Source: an uncultured Gemmatimonadales bacterium (GTDB taxonomy: Bacteria; Gemmatimonadota; Gemmatimonadetes; Gemmatimonadales; GWC2-71-9). From it: a DNA stretch of 64,000 nucleotides. The position numbers were made by a program, and so were the translations under genes. The notes under the pieces were generated by a model. The model was not told the origin of the DNA. It saw only the letters and a list, made by a program, of their open reading frames with translations, and did no database searches. The stretch is taken from positions 160,001 to 224,000 of the forward strand of contig CAWJIM010000021.1 of the NCBI GenBank assembly GCA_963842945.1, read 5' to 3'. Below, piece after piece: positions 25,470-36,664 of the stretch (its first letter is position 1; the number at the start of each line of letters is the position of its first letter).

Positions 25470-25538
25470 GACGCATCCTCCGGCTCGAGTGCACCAGCTC
25501 AGTTAATGGATACCTACGATTGGTCGGGGGCTAATGTT

Positions 25539-26025
25539 TCAGTCTAATACTGCCCTCGGCCTGATGGCTCCAATGCCGGTCCTCCGAGACGTGACCCGCT
25601 CCATCACCAGGACGGCCAGTGCAGCCATGGCCAGGAAGTTGAGACCGACGGCTTCGCCCCGAGGGTGATTCATCAATTCCAGAGTAGATCGGCTCCCCAA
25701 TCCCCACATGGGGGCCAGTCCGGTCTTGCCGATCCATACCCCAAATTGTGCCCCGCAATAGAAGAGGTAAAGCATGCTGGCCGAAGAATACGCGGGTATT
25801 TGCAGGGCCTGCACCAGAAGGAGAGCGGATAGCCGCGGGGGAGATCGAACCACAGCTCGCGGCCGGCATAGGCGCAGAGAGCAAACGGAATGCCGAGGGA
25901 GCCGATGATCAGCCGCTGGAGCAAGCTCAGCCCCGAAGCCGCCGCCGAGCTGGACGCGACGGCCATGCCGATGAATCCGCCGGTGATCTCCAGCCCTGCC
26001 ACCAGTCTCCGGGCCCGGGAATCAT
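25539..26025 (-). CDS. Hypothetical membrane protein (frameshifted)
   Basis: Hydrophobic ORF pieces 25673-26002 and 25539-25853. Confidence 0.5.
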
Positions 26026-26376
26026 CTAGGAGGCTCGGCGCAGCTTCAGCCAGACCGTCACCACTCCGACGGCCAGGCAGCCGGTGGCCAGCACACCGGC
26101 GAAGAAGAACAGCAGCCCGGGTCCGACCGGGTTGGGGTTGGGGTCCGGCCAGAGACCGACTTCAGCGGCAAGGATGATGGCAACCAGCGGTGTCGAGCCG
26201 AGGAGCAGCAGCGTCAGGCCGGTTCGGACCCAGCCCGAGCGAAGGTAGGCAGGCCGGTGGGCTCCGCTGTTGAAGACCCAGGCGAGCAACCCGAGCGGAG
26301 GTGCCAGTATGCACAGCAGGAGCACCAGCGGGTTGGGTCCGGATGTGATGTTTGGGTTGTCCGGCACGGGGCCCAA
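26026..26376 (-). CDS. Hypothetical membrane protein (three TM segments)
   Basis: Three hydrophobic stretches; GLWPDPNPNPVGPGLLFFF. Confidence 0.6.
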   Translation of the reverse strand: MGPVPDNPNITSGPNPLVLLLCILAPPLGLLAWVFNSGAHRPAYLRSGWVRTGLTLLLLGSTPLVAIILAAEVGLWPDPNPNPVGPGLLFFFAGVLATGCLAVGVVTVWLKLRRAS

Positions 26377-26443
26377 CCTCTAGGTGGCAGACCCCTTAAT
26401 TGTCCTACAACGCGGCATTTCCTTTAGTGATGGCTTTACTCTC

Positions 26444-26494
26444 TCGTTACACGAACGGACGGTTCCTGTGACTTGGCGGGCGTATTTCCGTGAC
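26444..26494. promoter_or_regulatory. Candidate Pho half-sites at 22-bp spacing
   Basis: TCGTTAC (26444), CTGTGAC (26466) and CCGTGAC (26488), upstream of porin-pstS. Confidence 0.5.
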
Positions 26495-26577
26495 TTGGTA
26501 CTGTTGGTTTACTGCTCGCGGGCAGCCACCTGCTCGGAGCTCGTGAGGGAAGTGCCTTCCTACAGAGGAGAGAGGTC

Positions 26578-27666
26578 ATGACTATAGGGCTCCGCCCTTC
26601 TGCGATGGCATCACTGATTTTGTGGCTCACCTCCTTCGGAGTTGCCGCAGCCCAGACTACCGCGCCAAAGATCGAGAACGACCGTTCTGGTCTACGCCCA
26701 GTACGGCTACCAGTTCAATACCGATTCGGTAACCAGTCGGAATCTCAACGCCTTCGACCTTACCCGGGCCTACATCAACGTGACCGGCAAGTTCGTCGAA
26801 GGGGTGTCAGTCAGGGTGACACCGGAATTTACCGGGTGGCGGATGGCTCGCTGGCCTTCCGGCTCAAGTACGCCTACGCGGCCTATACTCCAGAAAACAG
26901 TCCCCTCACCGCCAAGTTCGGGGTGATGCACACACCCTGGCTCGATTGGGAGGAAGCGCTGTGGGATTACCGGATGCAGGGCCAGATGGCAATGGAGCGG
27001 TTCCGCAGCCCCGCTGCCGCCGGTTACCTCGCATCTTCGGATTTCGGCGCCGGAGTCGACGGCAAGTTCGGGTACGACAACGTCAACTTCCAGGTCGGGG
27101 TGTACAACGGCGAGTTCTACTCCAAGCCGGAGAGCGATTCATACAAGGATTTCGAGGCCCGGCTGTCGGTGCGGGTCCTGAAGACGGACGATTTCAGCCG
27201 CGTAGGCGGGCTTCGGATCACCGGTTATGCCGGGGTGGGTCAGCCTACTGGTGGCGGAATGAGGGATCGCTATATCGGCATGGTGTCCTACCGATCCAAG
27301 ATGCTTACCCTGGCCGGTGAATACGGACGGGGACGTGACCGGCTCGACAACCTCGCGCCGGTCACCGGAACTCCGCCACCCGCCGCGGTGCCCCAGACCG
27401 ACTCGGATGTGTGGAGCTTCTTCGGCGTGTTCAACGTGCCGAACACGAGAGCCGGAATCCTCGCGCGGTACGATCGGCAGACGCCGAGTACCGACATCAG
27501 CGGCAACGATCAGGAGCGGGCGATCGGCGGCGTCTCCTATCAACTCACTCCCCAGGTACGCCTCCTCGGCGACATCGACACCTTCTGGAACGAACCGGGC
27601 ATCTACACCAATGCGGTAAACTCGACCCGCACCACCGGGTTCATCCATATGCAATTCAATTTCTAG
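26578..27666 (+). CDS. Outer-membrane porin, probably phosphate-related (5' frameshifts)
   Basis: Signal peptide, amphipathic beta-strands, C-terminal Phe (HMQFNF); directly upstream of pstS. Confidence 0.75.
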   Translation: MTIGLRPSAMASLILWLTSFGVAAAQTTAPKIENDRSGLRPVRLPVQYRFGNQSESQRLRPYPGLHQRDRQVRRRGVSQGDTGIYRVADGSLAFRLKYAYAAYTPENSPLTAKFGVMHTPWLDWEEALWDYRMQGQMAMERFRSPAAAGYLASSDFGAGVDGKFGYDNVNFQVGVYNGEFYSKPESDSYKDFEARLSVRVLKTDDFSRVGGLRITGYAGVGQPTGGGMRDRYIGMVSYRSKMLTLAGEYGRGRDRLDNLAPVTGTPPPAAVPQTDSDVWSFFGVFNVPNTRAGILARYDRQTPSTDISGNDQERAIGGVSYQLTPQVRLLGDIDTFWNEPGIYTNAVNSTRTTGFIHMQFNF

Positions 27667-27697
27667 CCGGTGGCACTGCATACTTGGAGACTAAAGC

Positions 27698-28760
27698 ATG
27701 AGAGAGCACTCCACGATCGGCTCTGGCATCACGCTTCTGATCGGGTTGGCCACGCTGAGCGGCCCGCAGGCAGCGCTCAGGTGACCCTCACCGGTGCCGG
27801 GGCCACCTTTCCCAATCCGATCTACACCAAGTGGTTCGACGCGTACAACAAGAAGACCGGCGTCCAGATCAACTACCAGTCGATCGGCTCCGGCGGCGGG
27901 ATCCGCCAGTTCACCGAGGGCACGGTGGATTTCGGCGCCAGCGACGGTCCCATGAGCGACGAGCAGATCAGGCGGTGGGTGGCAAGGTGCTCCACGTGCC
28001 GACCGTGCTCGGGGCCGTGGTCGTGACCTATAACCTCCCGGGACTGGGTGACGCCAAGCTCAAGTTCGACGGAGCCACCATCGCCGGGATCTTCCTGGGC
28101 CGGATAACCAAGTGGAACGACCAGAAGATTGCCGGACTCAATCCGGGAGTCAAGCTCCCTGACTCGGACATCATCGTGGTCCACCGGTCGGACGGCTCGG
28201 GCACGAGCTACATCTTTACCGACTACCTCACCAAGGTGTCCCCCGAGTGGAAGACCAAAGTCGGCAAGGCCACCTCGGTCAACTGGCCGGCCGGCTCGGG
28301 GGAAAAGGAAACGAGGGCGTGACCCAGCAGATCAAGCAGGCCGAAGGAGCGCTGGGCTACGTTGAGCTGATCTACGCCCTGTCGAACAACTCCGTACGCC
28401 CATATCAAGAACACCTCCGGCAAGTTCGTCGAGCCTTCCCTCGCCTCGGTAACGGCTGCCGCCGCAGGGGCCAAATTCGACAAAGACACCGATTTCCGGG
28501 TGTCGATCACCGACGCCCCGGGAGCCGAGGCCTATCCGATCTCGTCCTTCACTTGGCTCCTGGTTCAGCCAGACAACAAGGAGCCGCCAAGGCCAAGCCC
28601 ATCCGTGACTTCCTGGCCTGGATGATCACCCCCGAGGCGCAGAAAATGGCGGCCGACTTGAAGTATTCTCCGCTGCCGCGCCCGGTGGTACCGCTGGTCC
28701 GAGGCACGGCTGCCGACCCTGAAGGCCGGCGGCAAGGCATCGAGATCGCAGGAGCGCTGA
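27698..28760 (+). CDS. pstS: Phosphate ABC transporter substrate-binding protein, copy 1 (frameshifts)
   Basis: [31 protein letters not shown] and GYVELIYA motifs. Confidence 0.9.
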
Positions 28761-28841
28761 GGTCAACGGCCGGCCCCAGGTGCAGGCGTTTGCAGACGGC
28801 GGAGACCATACAGCTCTGGAGCTGGTACCTGAACTTAAACC

Positions 28842-29895
28842 GTGGACTTAGACCTGCAGAGAGCTCTGCTCCTGACACAGCCGGTGCTTGCATGAGGCTG
28901 GCGACCGCCGCCGAGCTCGGCCGGACGGCGCGGCGCACCGCAGGCGGAGGCAGCGCTCACCGGGGCCGGCGCAACCTTCCCCAATCCGATCTACACCAAG
29001 TGGTTCGACGCGTACGACAAGGAGACCGGCGTGCGGATCAACTACCAGTCGATCGGCTCGGGCGGCGGCATCCGGCAGTTCACCGAGGGCACCGTGGACT
29101 TCGGCGCCACCGACGGCGCCGATGACCGATGAGCAGATCGCCGCGGTGCAGGGCAACGTCCTGCACATCCCCACCGTGCTCGGCGCGGTGGTGCTGACCT
29201 ACAACCTGCCCGCGATCGGCAACACGCAGCTCGAGCTTCGACGGCGCCACTGCTGGCGGACATCTTCCTCGGCCGGATCACCAGGTGGAACGACCCGCGG
29301 ATCGCCGCGCTCAACCCCGGCGTCGAGCCTGCCCGACCAGGACATCATCGTGGTCCACCGCTCCGACGGCTCCGGCACCACCTACATCTTCACCGACTAC
29401 CTGTCGCAAGGTCTCCCCGGAGTGGAAGGCGAAGGTCGGCAAGAGCCACCTCGGTCAACTGGCCGGTCGGGCTGGGCGGCAAGGGCAACGAAGGCGTCAC
29501 CCAGCAGGTCAAGCAGTACCCGGGGCATCGGCTACGTCGAGCTGATCTATGCCATCTCCAACGGGCTGCCCTACGCCGAGATCAGGAACGCCGCGGGCGC
29601 CTTCGTCCAGCCCACCTCGAAGAGCGTGACCGCGGCCGCGGCCGGTGCCGAGCTCCGCCGGACACCGACTTCCGGGTGTCGATCACCAATGCGCCGGGGC
29701 AAGGATGCCTACCCGATCTCCTCGTTCACCTGGCTGCTGGTTCAGAAGGAACCCCGACACTGCCAAGGCCAAGACCCTCATGGACTTCCTCGCGTGGATG
29801 CTCGAGCCGGCGGCCCAGCGGATGGCGGCCGACCTGCACTACGCGCCGCTCCCGGTGCCGGTGATCGAGCTGGTGCAGCAACGGATCGGCCGTAA
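28842..29895 (+). CDS. pstS: Phosphate ABC transporter substrate-binding protein, copy 2 (frameshifts; start uncertain)
   Basis: Same PstS motifs with a diverged sequence; [11 protein letters not shown]. Confidence 0.85.
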
Positions 29896-29906
29896 AGCCA
29901 CCCTCC

Positions 29907-29962
29907 CCGTGACCAGCCGTTACAAAGCCGTGACGACGCCGGAGGCCCGGCGCTGGTAGACT
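29907..29962 (+). promoter_or_regulatory. Candidate Pho box and -10 element upstream of pstC
   Basis: CCGTGAC (29907), CCGTTAC (29917) and CCGTGAC (29928); TAGACT at 29957-29962, 7 nt before the ATG. Confidence 0.6.
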
Positions 29963-29969
29963 CCTGAAC

Positions 29970-30963
29970 ATGACTGCCGACCGCCCGCCTCCGGAAACTG
30001 CTCCTCCCCGGCGCCAGCAGCCGTCTCTCTCGAGCGAGCCAACCACGGCGACCGGGTCTTCAAGGCGCTGCTTGACGCTCGCCGCGCTGGCGATCCCGAT
30101 CCTGCTCGGGTTCCTGGTCTTCGAGCTCTGGGCCGGCGCCGGCTGGCCATCGCGCCGGTTCGGGTTCGACTTCGTCACCTCCAGCACCTGGGACCCGGTG
30201 GCCGAGGAGTTCGGCGCGCTTCCCGCTGATCTTCGGCACCCTGGTCTCCTCGCTGCTGGCGCTCCTGATCGCGGTGCCGCTCTCGCTCGGCGTCGCGATC
30301 TACCTCACGGAGTTCGCCCCCAAGTCGGTGCGCCAGCCGGTGGCCTTTCTCATCGGCCTGCTGGCCGCGATACCCAGCGTGGTGTACGGCCTCTGGGGCA
30401 TCTTCGTTCTCGTTCCCGCTGCTCCGCACCACCGTCTTCCCGTTCCTGCGCGAAGCCTGGGCTTCCTCCCGTTCTTTCAGGGCCCGATCTACGGTCCGTC
30501 CATGCTGGCGGCCGGGATCATCCTGGCCATCATGGTGATGCCGTACATCATGTCGGTGTCCCGGGAGGTGCTGCTGGCCGTGCCGAACACCCAGCGGGAG
30601 GCGGCGCTGGCACTCGGCGCCACCCGGTGGGAAGCGGTGACCACCGCCGTGCTGCCCTACGCCCGGTCCGGGATCATCGGCGCCATCATCCTGGGACTGG
30701 GCCGGGCGCTGGGCGAGACCATGGCGGTGACCATGCTGATCGGCAACCGGCACGAGATCGCCGCCTCGCTCTTCGCGCCGGGCTACACCATGGCCGCGGC
30801 GATCGCCAACGAGTTCTCCGAAGCGGTGGGCGACCTGCACCTCTCCGCGCTGGCCTACGTGGCCTTCGTGCTTTTTCTGGTGACGGTGCTGGTGAACGCC
30901 GGCGCCCGGCTGCTGATCTGGCGGGTGGCCCGCGGGTCGGGCGCGGGGAGCAGCGCCCTGTGA
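29970..30963 (+). CDS. pstC: Phosphate ABC transporter permease (frameshifts)
   Basis: LLAAIPSVVYGLWG, EAALALGATRWE and GLGRALGETMAV motifs. Confidence 0.92.
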
Positions 30964-31818
30964 GGCGGCCGGCGCTGAACCGCCGCGTGCTCCGCGAGCT
31001 TCAGCAACCTGATGGTCGGGCTGATGATCGGCGCCGTCGTCGTGGCGCTGCTCCCGCTGTTCTTCATCCTGCTGAATCTGGTGCTCAAGGGAGCGGGCAG
31101 CCTCTCGCTGGACTTCTTCACCCGGATGCCGGCTCCGGCCGGCGAGACCGGGGGCGGAGTGGCCCATGCGCTGGTGGGAACGCTCCTCATCGTGGGCATG
31201 GCCAGCCTCATCGGGCTGCCGATCGGATCGGGGCCGGGCATCTACTGCGCCGAGTATCCCACCAGCCGGCTCACCTGGGTCACCCGGTTCGTGGCCGACG
31301 TGATGAACGGCACGCCTTCGATTGTGGTGGGCGTCTTTGCCTGGGCCTGGATCGTGGCGCCAGCAGAAGCACTTCTCCGCGCTGGCCGGAAGCGTCGCGC
31401 TGGCCCTGCTCATGATTCCCATGGTGCTGCGCACCACCGAGGAGATGATCAAGCTGGTGCCCAACTCGCTGCGTGAGGCGGCGCTGGCGCTGGGATATCC
31501 CCGGTGGCGCACCAGCCTTTCGGTGGTGGTGCGCACCACGCTGCCGGGATCATGACCGGAGGTCTGCTGGCCGTGGCCCGGATCGCCGGCGAGACCGCGC
31601 CGCTGCTCTTTACCGCGCTGGGCAGCCAGTACCTGAGCTTCGATATCGACCAGCCGATGGCCGCGCTGCCGCTCACGGTGTTCACCTACGCCACCGGCCC
31701 CTACGAGGAGTGGCACCGGTACGCCTGGGCCGCCGCTCTGGTGCTGATCCTGGTGGTCTTCCTGCTGAGCCTGGGCGCCCGGCTGGCCATCCGCCGGAGG
31801 TTTAGCCTCAATGGCTGA
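30960..31818 (+). CDS. pstA: Phosphate ABC transporter permease (frameshifts)
   Basis: GTPSIVVG, VPNSLREAALALG and ARIAGETAPLLFT motifs. Confidence 0.92.
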
Positions 31819-32635
31819 GCCCGCCTTGAGCGTACCGCGGCCGTGCCGCGACCGCGGCCAGCCGGCGGCGGCCGACGCCGCCCAGGATCGTCACCGACAA
31901 GCTCACGGCCATGTACGGCAAGTTCACCGCGGTCAAGAGCGTGTCGCTCGGCTTTGCGCCCAACCAGGTGCACGCGCTGATCGGCCCGTCGGGGTGCGGC
32001 AAGTCCACCTTTCTCCGCACCCTCAACCGGATGCACGAGCTGTCGGACCATGGCTGGATCACCGGCCGGGTGCTGCTCGACGGCGAGGACATCTACGCGC
32101 CGAGGGTCAACGCCATGCAGCTCCGGCGCCGGGTGGGCATGGTCTTCCAGCGGCCCACGCCGTTTCCCACGATGTCGATCTACGACAACGTGGCGGCGGG
32201 GCTGCGGGTCAACGGCCGGCTGCCGCGGGCCGGAGCTGGATGCAGTGGTCGAGCGGGCGCTGCGCCAGGCCGCGCTGTGGGACGAGGTGAAGGACCGGCT
32301 CCAGCGCCAGCGCGATGGCGCTGTCGGCGGCCAGCAGCAGCGGCTCTGCATCGCGCGCACCATCGCGCCCTCGCCGGATGTGATCCTGCTGGACGAGCCC
32401 ACCGCCTCGCTCGACCCGCAGGGCACCCAGCGGATCGAGGAGCTGCTGTTCGAGCTCAAGCGAGACTTCACCATCATCATCGTGACCCACAACATGCAGC
32501 AGGCGGCCCGGGTGTCGGACACCACCACCTTCTTCTATCTGGGCAGCATGGTCGAGACCGGGCCGACCCGCCAGATCTTCACCGCGCCGCGGCAGGAGCA
32601 GACCGAGGCCTACATCACCGGGAAGGTTCGGATGA
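31811..32635 (+). CDS. pstB: Phosphate ABC transporter ATPase, copy 1 (frameshifts)
   Basis: [20 protein letters not shown] and [13 protein letters not shown] motifs. Confidence 0.9.
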
Positions 32636-33489
32636 GCACCACGATGCAGCCCGAGACCCGTGACGTGCAACGGGCACCAAGGGACGACGCCTACGCTCCC
32701 CGACGCTCCGATGCCGCCGCTCGGTCCGCGGCGAGCCCGGCGATCGATGTCCGCGACTTCGATTTCTTCGTACGGCCCGCGCCAGGCGCTGAGAGGCCTG
32801 AACTTCGCGATCCCGCGGCAGGGCGGTCACGGCGATCATCGGGCCGTCCGGCTGCGGCAAGTCCACCTTCCTCCGCTCCATCAACCGGCTGAACGACCTG
32901 ATTCCCGGGCGCCCGCCACCAGGGCGACATCCTGGTCGAGGGCGTGTCGGTGTTCGGCCCGGGCACCGACCTGGTGTCGCTCCGGCAGCGGGTCGGGATG
33001 GTCTTCCAGCGGCCCAATCCGTTCCCCAAGACGATCTTCGAGAACGTGGCCTACGGCCCGGCGCTCAACGCGCTGGTGACCCGGCGCGATCTGCCCGATC
33101 TGGTCGAGCGCTGCCTCCGCCAGGCGGCGCTGTGGGACGAGGTGAAGGACCGGCTCGACGAGCCCGGCACCGGACTCTCGGGCGGGCAGCAGCAGCGGCT
33201 CTGCATCGCCCGGGCGCTCGGCAACGAGCCCGAGGTGCTGCTGATGGACGAGCCCTGCTCGGCGCTCGACCCGATCGCGACCCAGCGGGTCGAGGAGCTG
33301 ATCTTCGAGCTGAAGCAGGACTACACCATCGTCATCGTGACCCACAACATGCAGCAGGCGGCGCGGGTGTCCGACTACACCGGCTTCTTCGATCGGGGCG
33401 AGCTGATCGAGTTCGATGAGACCGAGCGGATCTTCACCAAGCCGGCCCACGAGCGCACCGAAGCCTATATCACCGGGAGATTCGGATGA
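32632..33489 (+). CDS. pstB: Phosphate ABC transporter ATPase, copy 2 (frameshifts)
   Basis: [31 protein letters not shown] and YITGRFG motifs. Confidence 0.92.
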
Positions 33490-34232
33490 GCGTCGACGTC
33501 CATCGGCATTTTCACGACGAGCTGAGCCACGTCAAGGTGCGGCTGCTCACCATGTCCGGTGAGGCGGAGGCCGCGCTCGGCCTGGCGGTCGACGCGCTGC
33601 TGGAGCGCGACAGCGAGAAGGCCGCGGCGGGTGATCGCCGGCGACCGGGTGATCGACGCATGGAAGTGGAGATCGAAGAGCAGTGCATCAATCTCCTGGC
33701 GCTGCAGCAGCCGATGGCGCGAGACCTCCGCATGCTCACGTCGGCGCTCAAGATCGCCAACGACCTCGAGCGGGTGGGCGACCACGCGGTCAACATCGCC
33801 CAGTCGGCCGAGCGGCTGCTTCAGGCCCGGCCCATCGCGCCGGAGCCCGAGATCGTCGAGATGGCTCGACTGGCCCGGGAGATGCTCTCCGATGCGCTGG
33901 AGGCCTTCATTCGGGGCGACGCCGCGGCGGGGCGCGAAGTCTGCCGGCGGGACGACAAGGTGGATGCGCTGCACCGCTCGGTCTTCCGGATCCTGCTGAC
34001 CCACATGATGGAGGACCCCCACACCATCGGCGCGGGTATGGAGCTGTTCCTGGTGAGCCGGAACCTGGAGCGGGTGGCCGACCTGGCAACGAACATCGGC
34101 GAAGACGTGGTGTTTCTGGTGGAGGGGCGCTCGATCAAGCATCACGCAGAAGACCGGGAGAGGCAAGAGAGCTGGGAGTCAGGAGCTAGGCCCAGCTACT
34201 CTCCATACGGAATCCAGATGTTCTTGATCTGA
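33486..34232 (+). CDS. phoU: Phosphate signalling protein (3' end uncertain)
   Basis: [22 protein letters not shown] and [13 protein letters not shown] motifs. Confidence 0.92.
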   Translation: MSVDVHRHFHDELSHVKVRLLTMSGEAEAALGLAVDALLERDSEKAAAGDRRRPGDRRMEVEIEEQCINLLALQQPMARDLRMLTSALKIANDLERVGDHAVNIAQSAERLLQARPIAPEPEIVEMARLAREMLSDALEAFIRGDAAAGREVCRRDDKVDALHRSVFRILLTHMMEDPHTIGAGMELFLVSRNLERVADLATNIGEDVVFLVEGRSIKHHAEDRERQESWESGARPSYSPYGIQMFLI

Positions 34233-36638
34233 GTGGCTTGCTCGAGAAACTCTTCGCCCGCCCCGAGGCTGGCGTTGGCCCAATCGCGAGAGGCAGCCTC
34301 CTCGACCCAGGTCCGCTTCATGTTGCCGGCCGAGAGCCGTTCCACTTCCGCTCCAGTCTCCTGGTCCCCGAAGTACCAGATCCCATCCACATCGTCGTGA
34401 GTGGCAAGGATCCGTCCCAACTCCCGAGGGTCGCCGGTCACGATGTTGATGACACCGTCGGGCAGGTCCGAGGTCTCCAGCACCTGATACAGATCCGTGG
34501 CCGCCAGCGGGGCCGCAGCCGATGGAATCGCTACTACGCTGTTGCCCAGCGCGACGCCCGGAAGCACGGTGGACACGAAACCAAGCAGCGGCCACTCGCG
34601 GGGGAGCCACCACGCCCAGGACGCCGATCGGCTCCGGCATGGCCAGGGTGACGTTGCGATACGGCGTATGGTGGACCGCGCCATCGTACTTGTCGGCCCA
34701 GGCCGCATAGGTGTACATCCGCTCGATGGTCAGGGCGACTTCATTCTCGCCTGACCCGCCGAACGTTTGCAGTCGAGCCACAAACTCCTCGGCTCGGGCC
34801 GCCAGATTCTCCGCCAGGTAGTAGAGCACCTGAGCCCGGGCATGAGCCGTGGCGTGGGCCCAGGTGGCCGCCTTGTGCGCCGCTTCGACGGCATTGCGAA
34901 TGTCTTTTCGGTTCCCCTGCCCCACTTCACCCAGGTGTTTCCCCGCCCGGTCCAGCACCGGGATACTGTAGCCCGAATCAGGCCGGACTTGTTTGCCGCC
35001 GATGTACAACTTGGGCGTGCGATCGATTGGCGGTAAGGCGGTAGGGCGGTAAGGCGGTAAGACGTGAGCGGATGACTTTGCAGTCGCGTTGCGGGCACCA
35101 GTTTTCCGGAACTTACCGCTTTTCCGACTTACCGTCTTACCGCCTTCCTGCCCCGCTGCCCGGCCGCCCCGCTCCCCTACCCATTTCACATACTCCCTCA
35201 GCCCCTCTCGTCCGCCTTCCCGGCCAAAGCCGCTCTCGCGGTAGCCGCCGAAGCCGCTGGCGGCATCGAAGACGTTGGTACAGTTGATCCAGATGGTGCC
35301 GGCCTTGAGCTGCGGGGCAATATCGAGCGCCAGGTTGATGTTCTCGGTCCAGACGCTGGCGGCCAGGCCATAGCGCGTGTTGTTGGCCAGCTCCACCGCC
35401 TCCGCCGGGGTGCGGAAGGTCATCAGCACCACGACCGGCCCGAAGATCTCCACCTGAGCGATGGTAGCCGCCGGCGAGACCTCGGTGAACAGCGTGGGCG
35501 GGAAGAACCAGCCGTCCCGGGGGCAGCTCCAGGAGGGCTGCCAGAGAGTAGCGCCCTCGTCTTCGCCTCGGCGCACCAGCTGCTGAATCTTCTCCAGCTG
35601 CACCGGCGCGATGATGGCGCCCATGTCCACCGCCTTGTCCAGGGGATCGCCCACCCGGAGCGTCTCCATTCGCGCCTTGAGCTTGGAGACCAGACGTTCC
35701 TGTGATCCTTCGTGCACCAGGATGCGCGATCCGGCGCAGCAGACCTGGCCCTGGTTGAACCAGATGGCGTCCACCACGCCTTCCACCACGCTGTCCAGGT
35801 CGCTGTCGCCGAACACGATGAACGGGGACTTTCCGCCCAGCTCGAGTGACAATTTCTTGCCGCTCCCGGCCGTCGCCTGGCGAATGAGCCGTCCCACCTC
35901 GGTCGAGCCGGTAAAAGCGATCTTGTCCACATCGGGATGCTTCACCAGGGCTTCGCCAGCCCGCCCATCCCCCGTCACGATGTTCACCACCCCGGAGGGG
36001 AGCCCGATCTCCTCGCACAGCTCTGCGAACCTCAGCGCCGTCAGAGAGGTGAACTCGGCGGGCTTGAGCACTACGGTGTTTCCCATGGCGAGCGCGGGGG
36101 CAATCTTCCAGGCCAACATGAGAAGCGGAAAGTTCCACGGAATGATCTGCCCGATGACTCCCACCGGCTCCCGCTCCGGCAGCTCCTGCTCCATCAGCTG
36201 GGCCCAGCCGGCATGGTGATAGAAGTGACGCGCTACCAGCGGCACGTCGATGTCGCGGGATTCCCGGATCGGCTTGCCGTTGTCGAGTGATTCCAGGACG
36301 GCAAAGAACCGGCTGTGCTTCTGGATTTGCCGGGCAATTGCGTAGAGGTAGCGGGCCCGGCCGTGCCCGCCCAGCGCCCACCATTGCGGCTGAGCCTTGC
36401 GTGCGGCGGCAACCGCGCGTTCTATGTCGGCTGGACTCGCTTGGGTCAGGGTAGCGAGAGGCCTCGCCGTGGCGGGATTCAGCGTCTCAAACGTCTCTCG
36501 GCCCGGCTCGCTCCACCGTCCCCCGATAAACAGCCCGAACCTCCGCCCTCGGTGCTCGAGCCATTCCTCCACCCGCCCGGGAGGCTCGGGCGCAGGCCCG
36601 TATTCCATTGAGTGGAAGATCTCAGGAACTGAGGCCAC
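34196..36638 (-). CDS. Aldehyde dehydrogenase with a second C-terminal ALDH-like domain (ALDH16-like; frameshift near 34605)
   Basis: PWNFP, FTGSTEVG, LELGGKSP, GQVCCAGSR and EIFGP motifs, followed by a second ALDH-like domain; adjacent to deoC. Confidence 0.88.
35029..35178. repeat. Inverted octamer arrays, (GGCGGTAA)4 ... (TTACCGCC-like)n, inside the ALDH linker
   Basis: 35029-35060 versus 35112-35145; translated as LPPYRPTALPP and GGKTVSRKSGK. Confidence 0.8.
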
Positions 36639-36664
36639 GAACCGTGCCTTTGTGGTGAGATGTC

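Noticed and set aside
27698..34232. Dense frameshifts read as pseudogenisation or programmed frameshifting of the pst genes
   Set aside because: Indels occur throughout the window in otherwise well-conserved genes with almost no nonsense substitutions, which fits long-read consensus error. Read polishing would confirm this.
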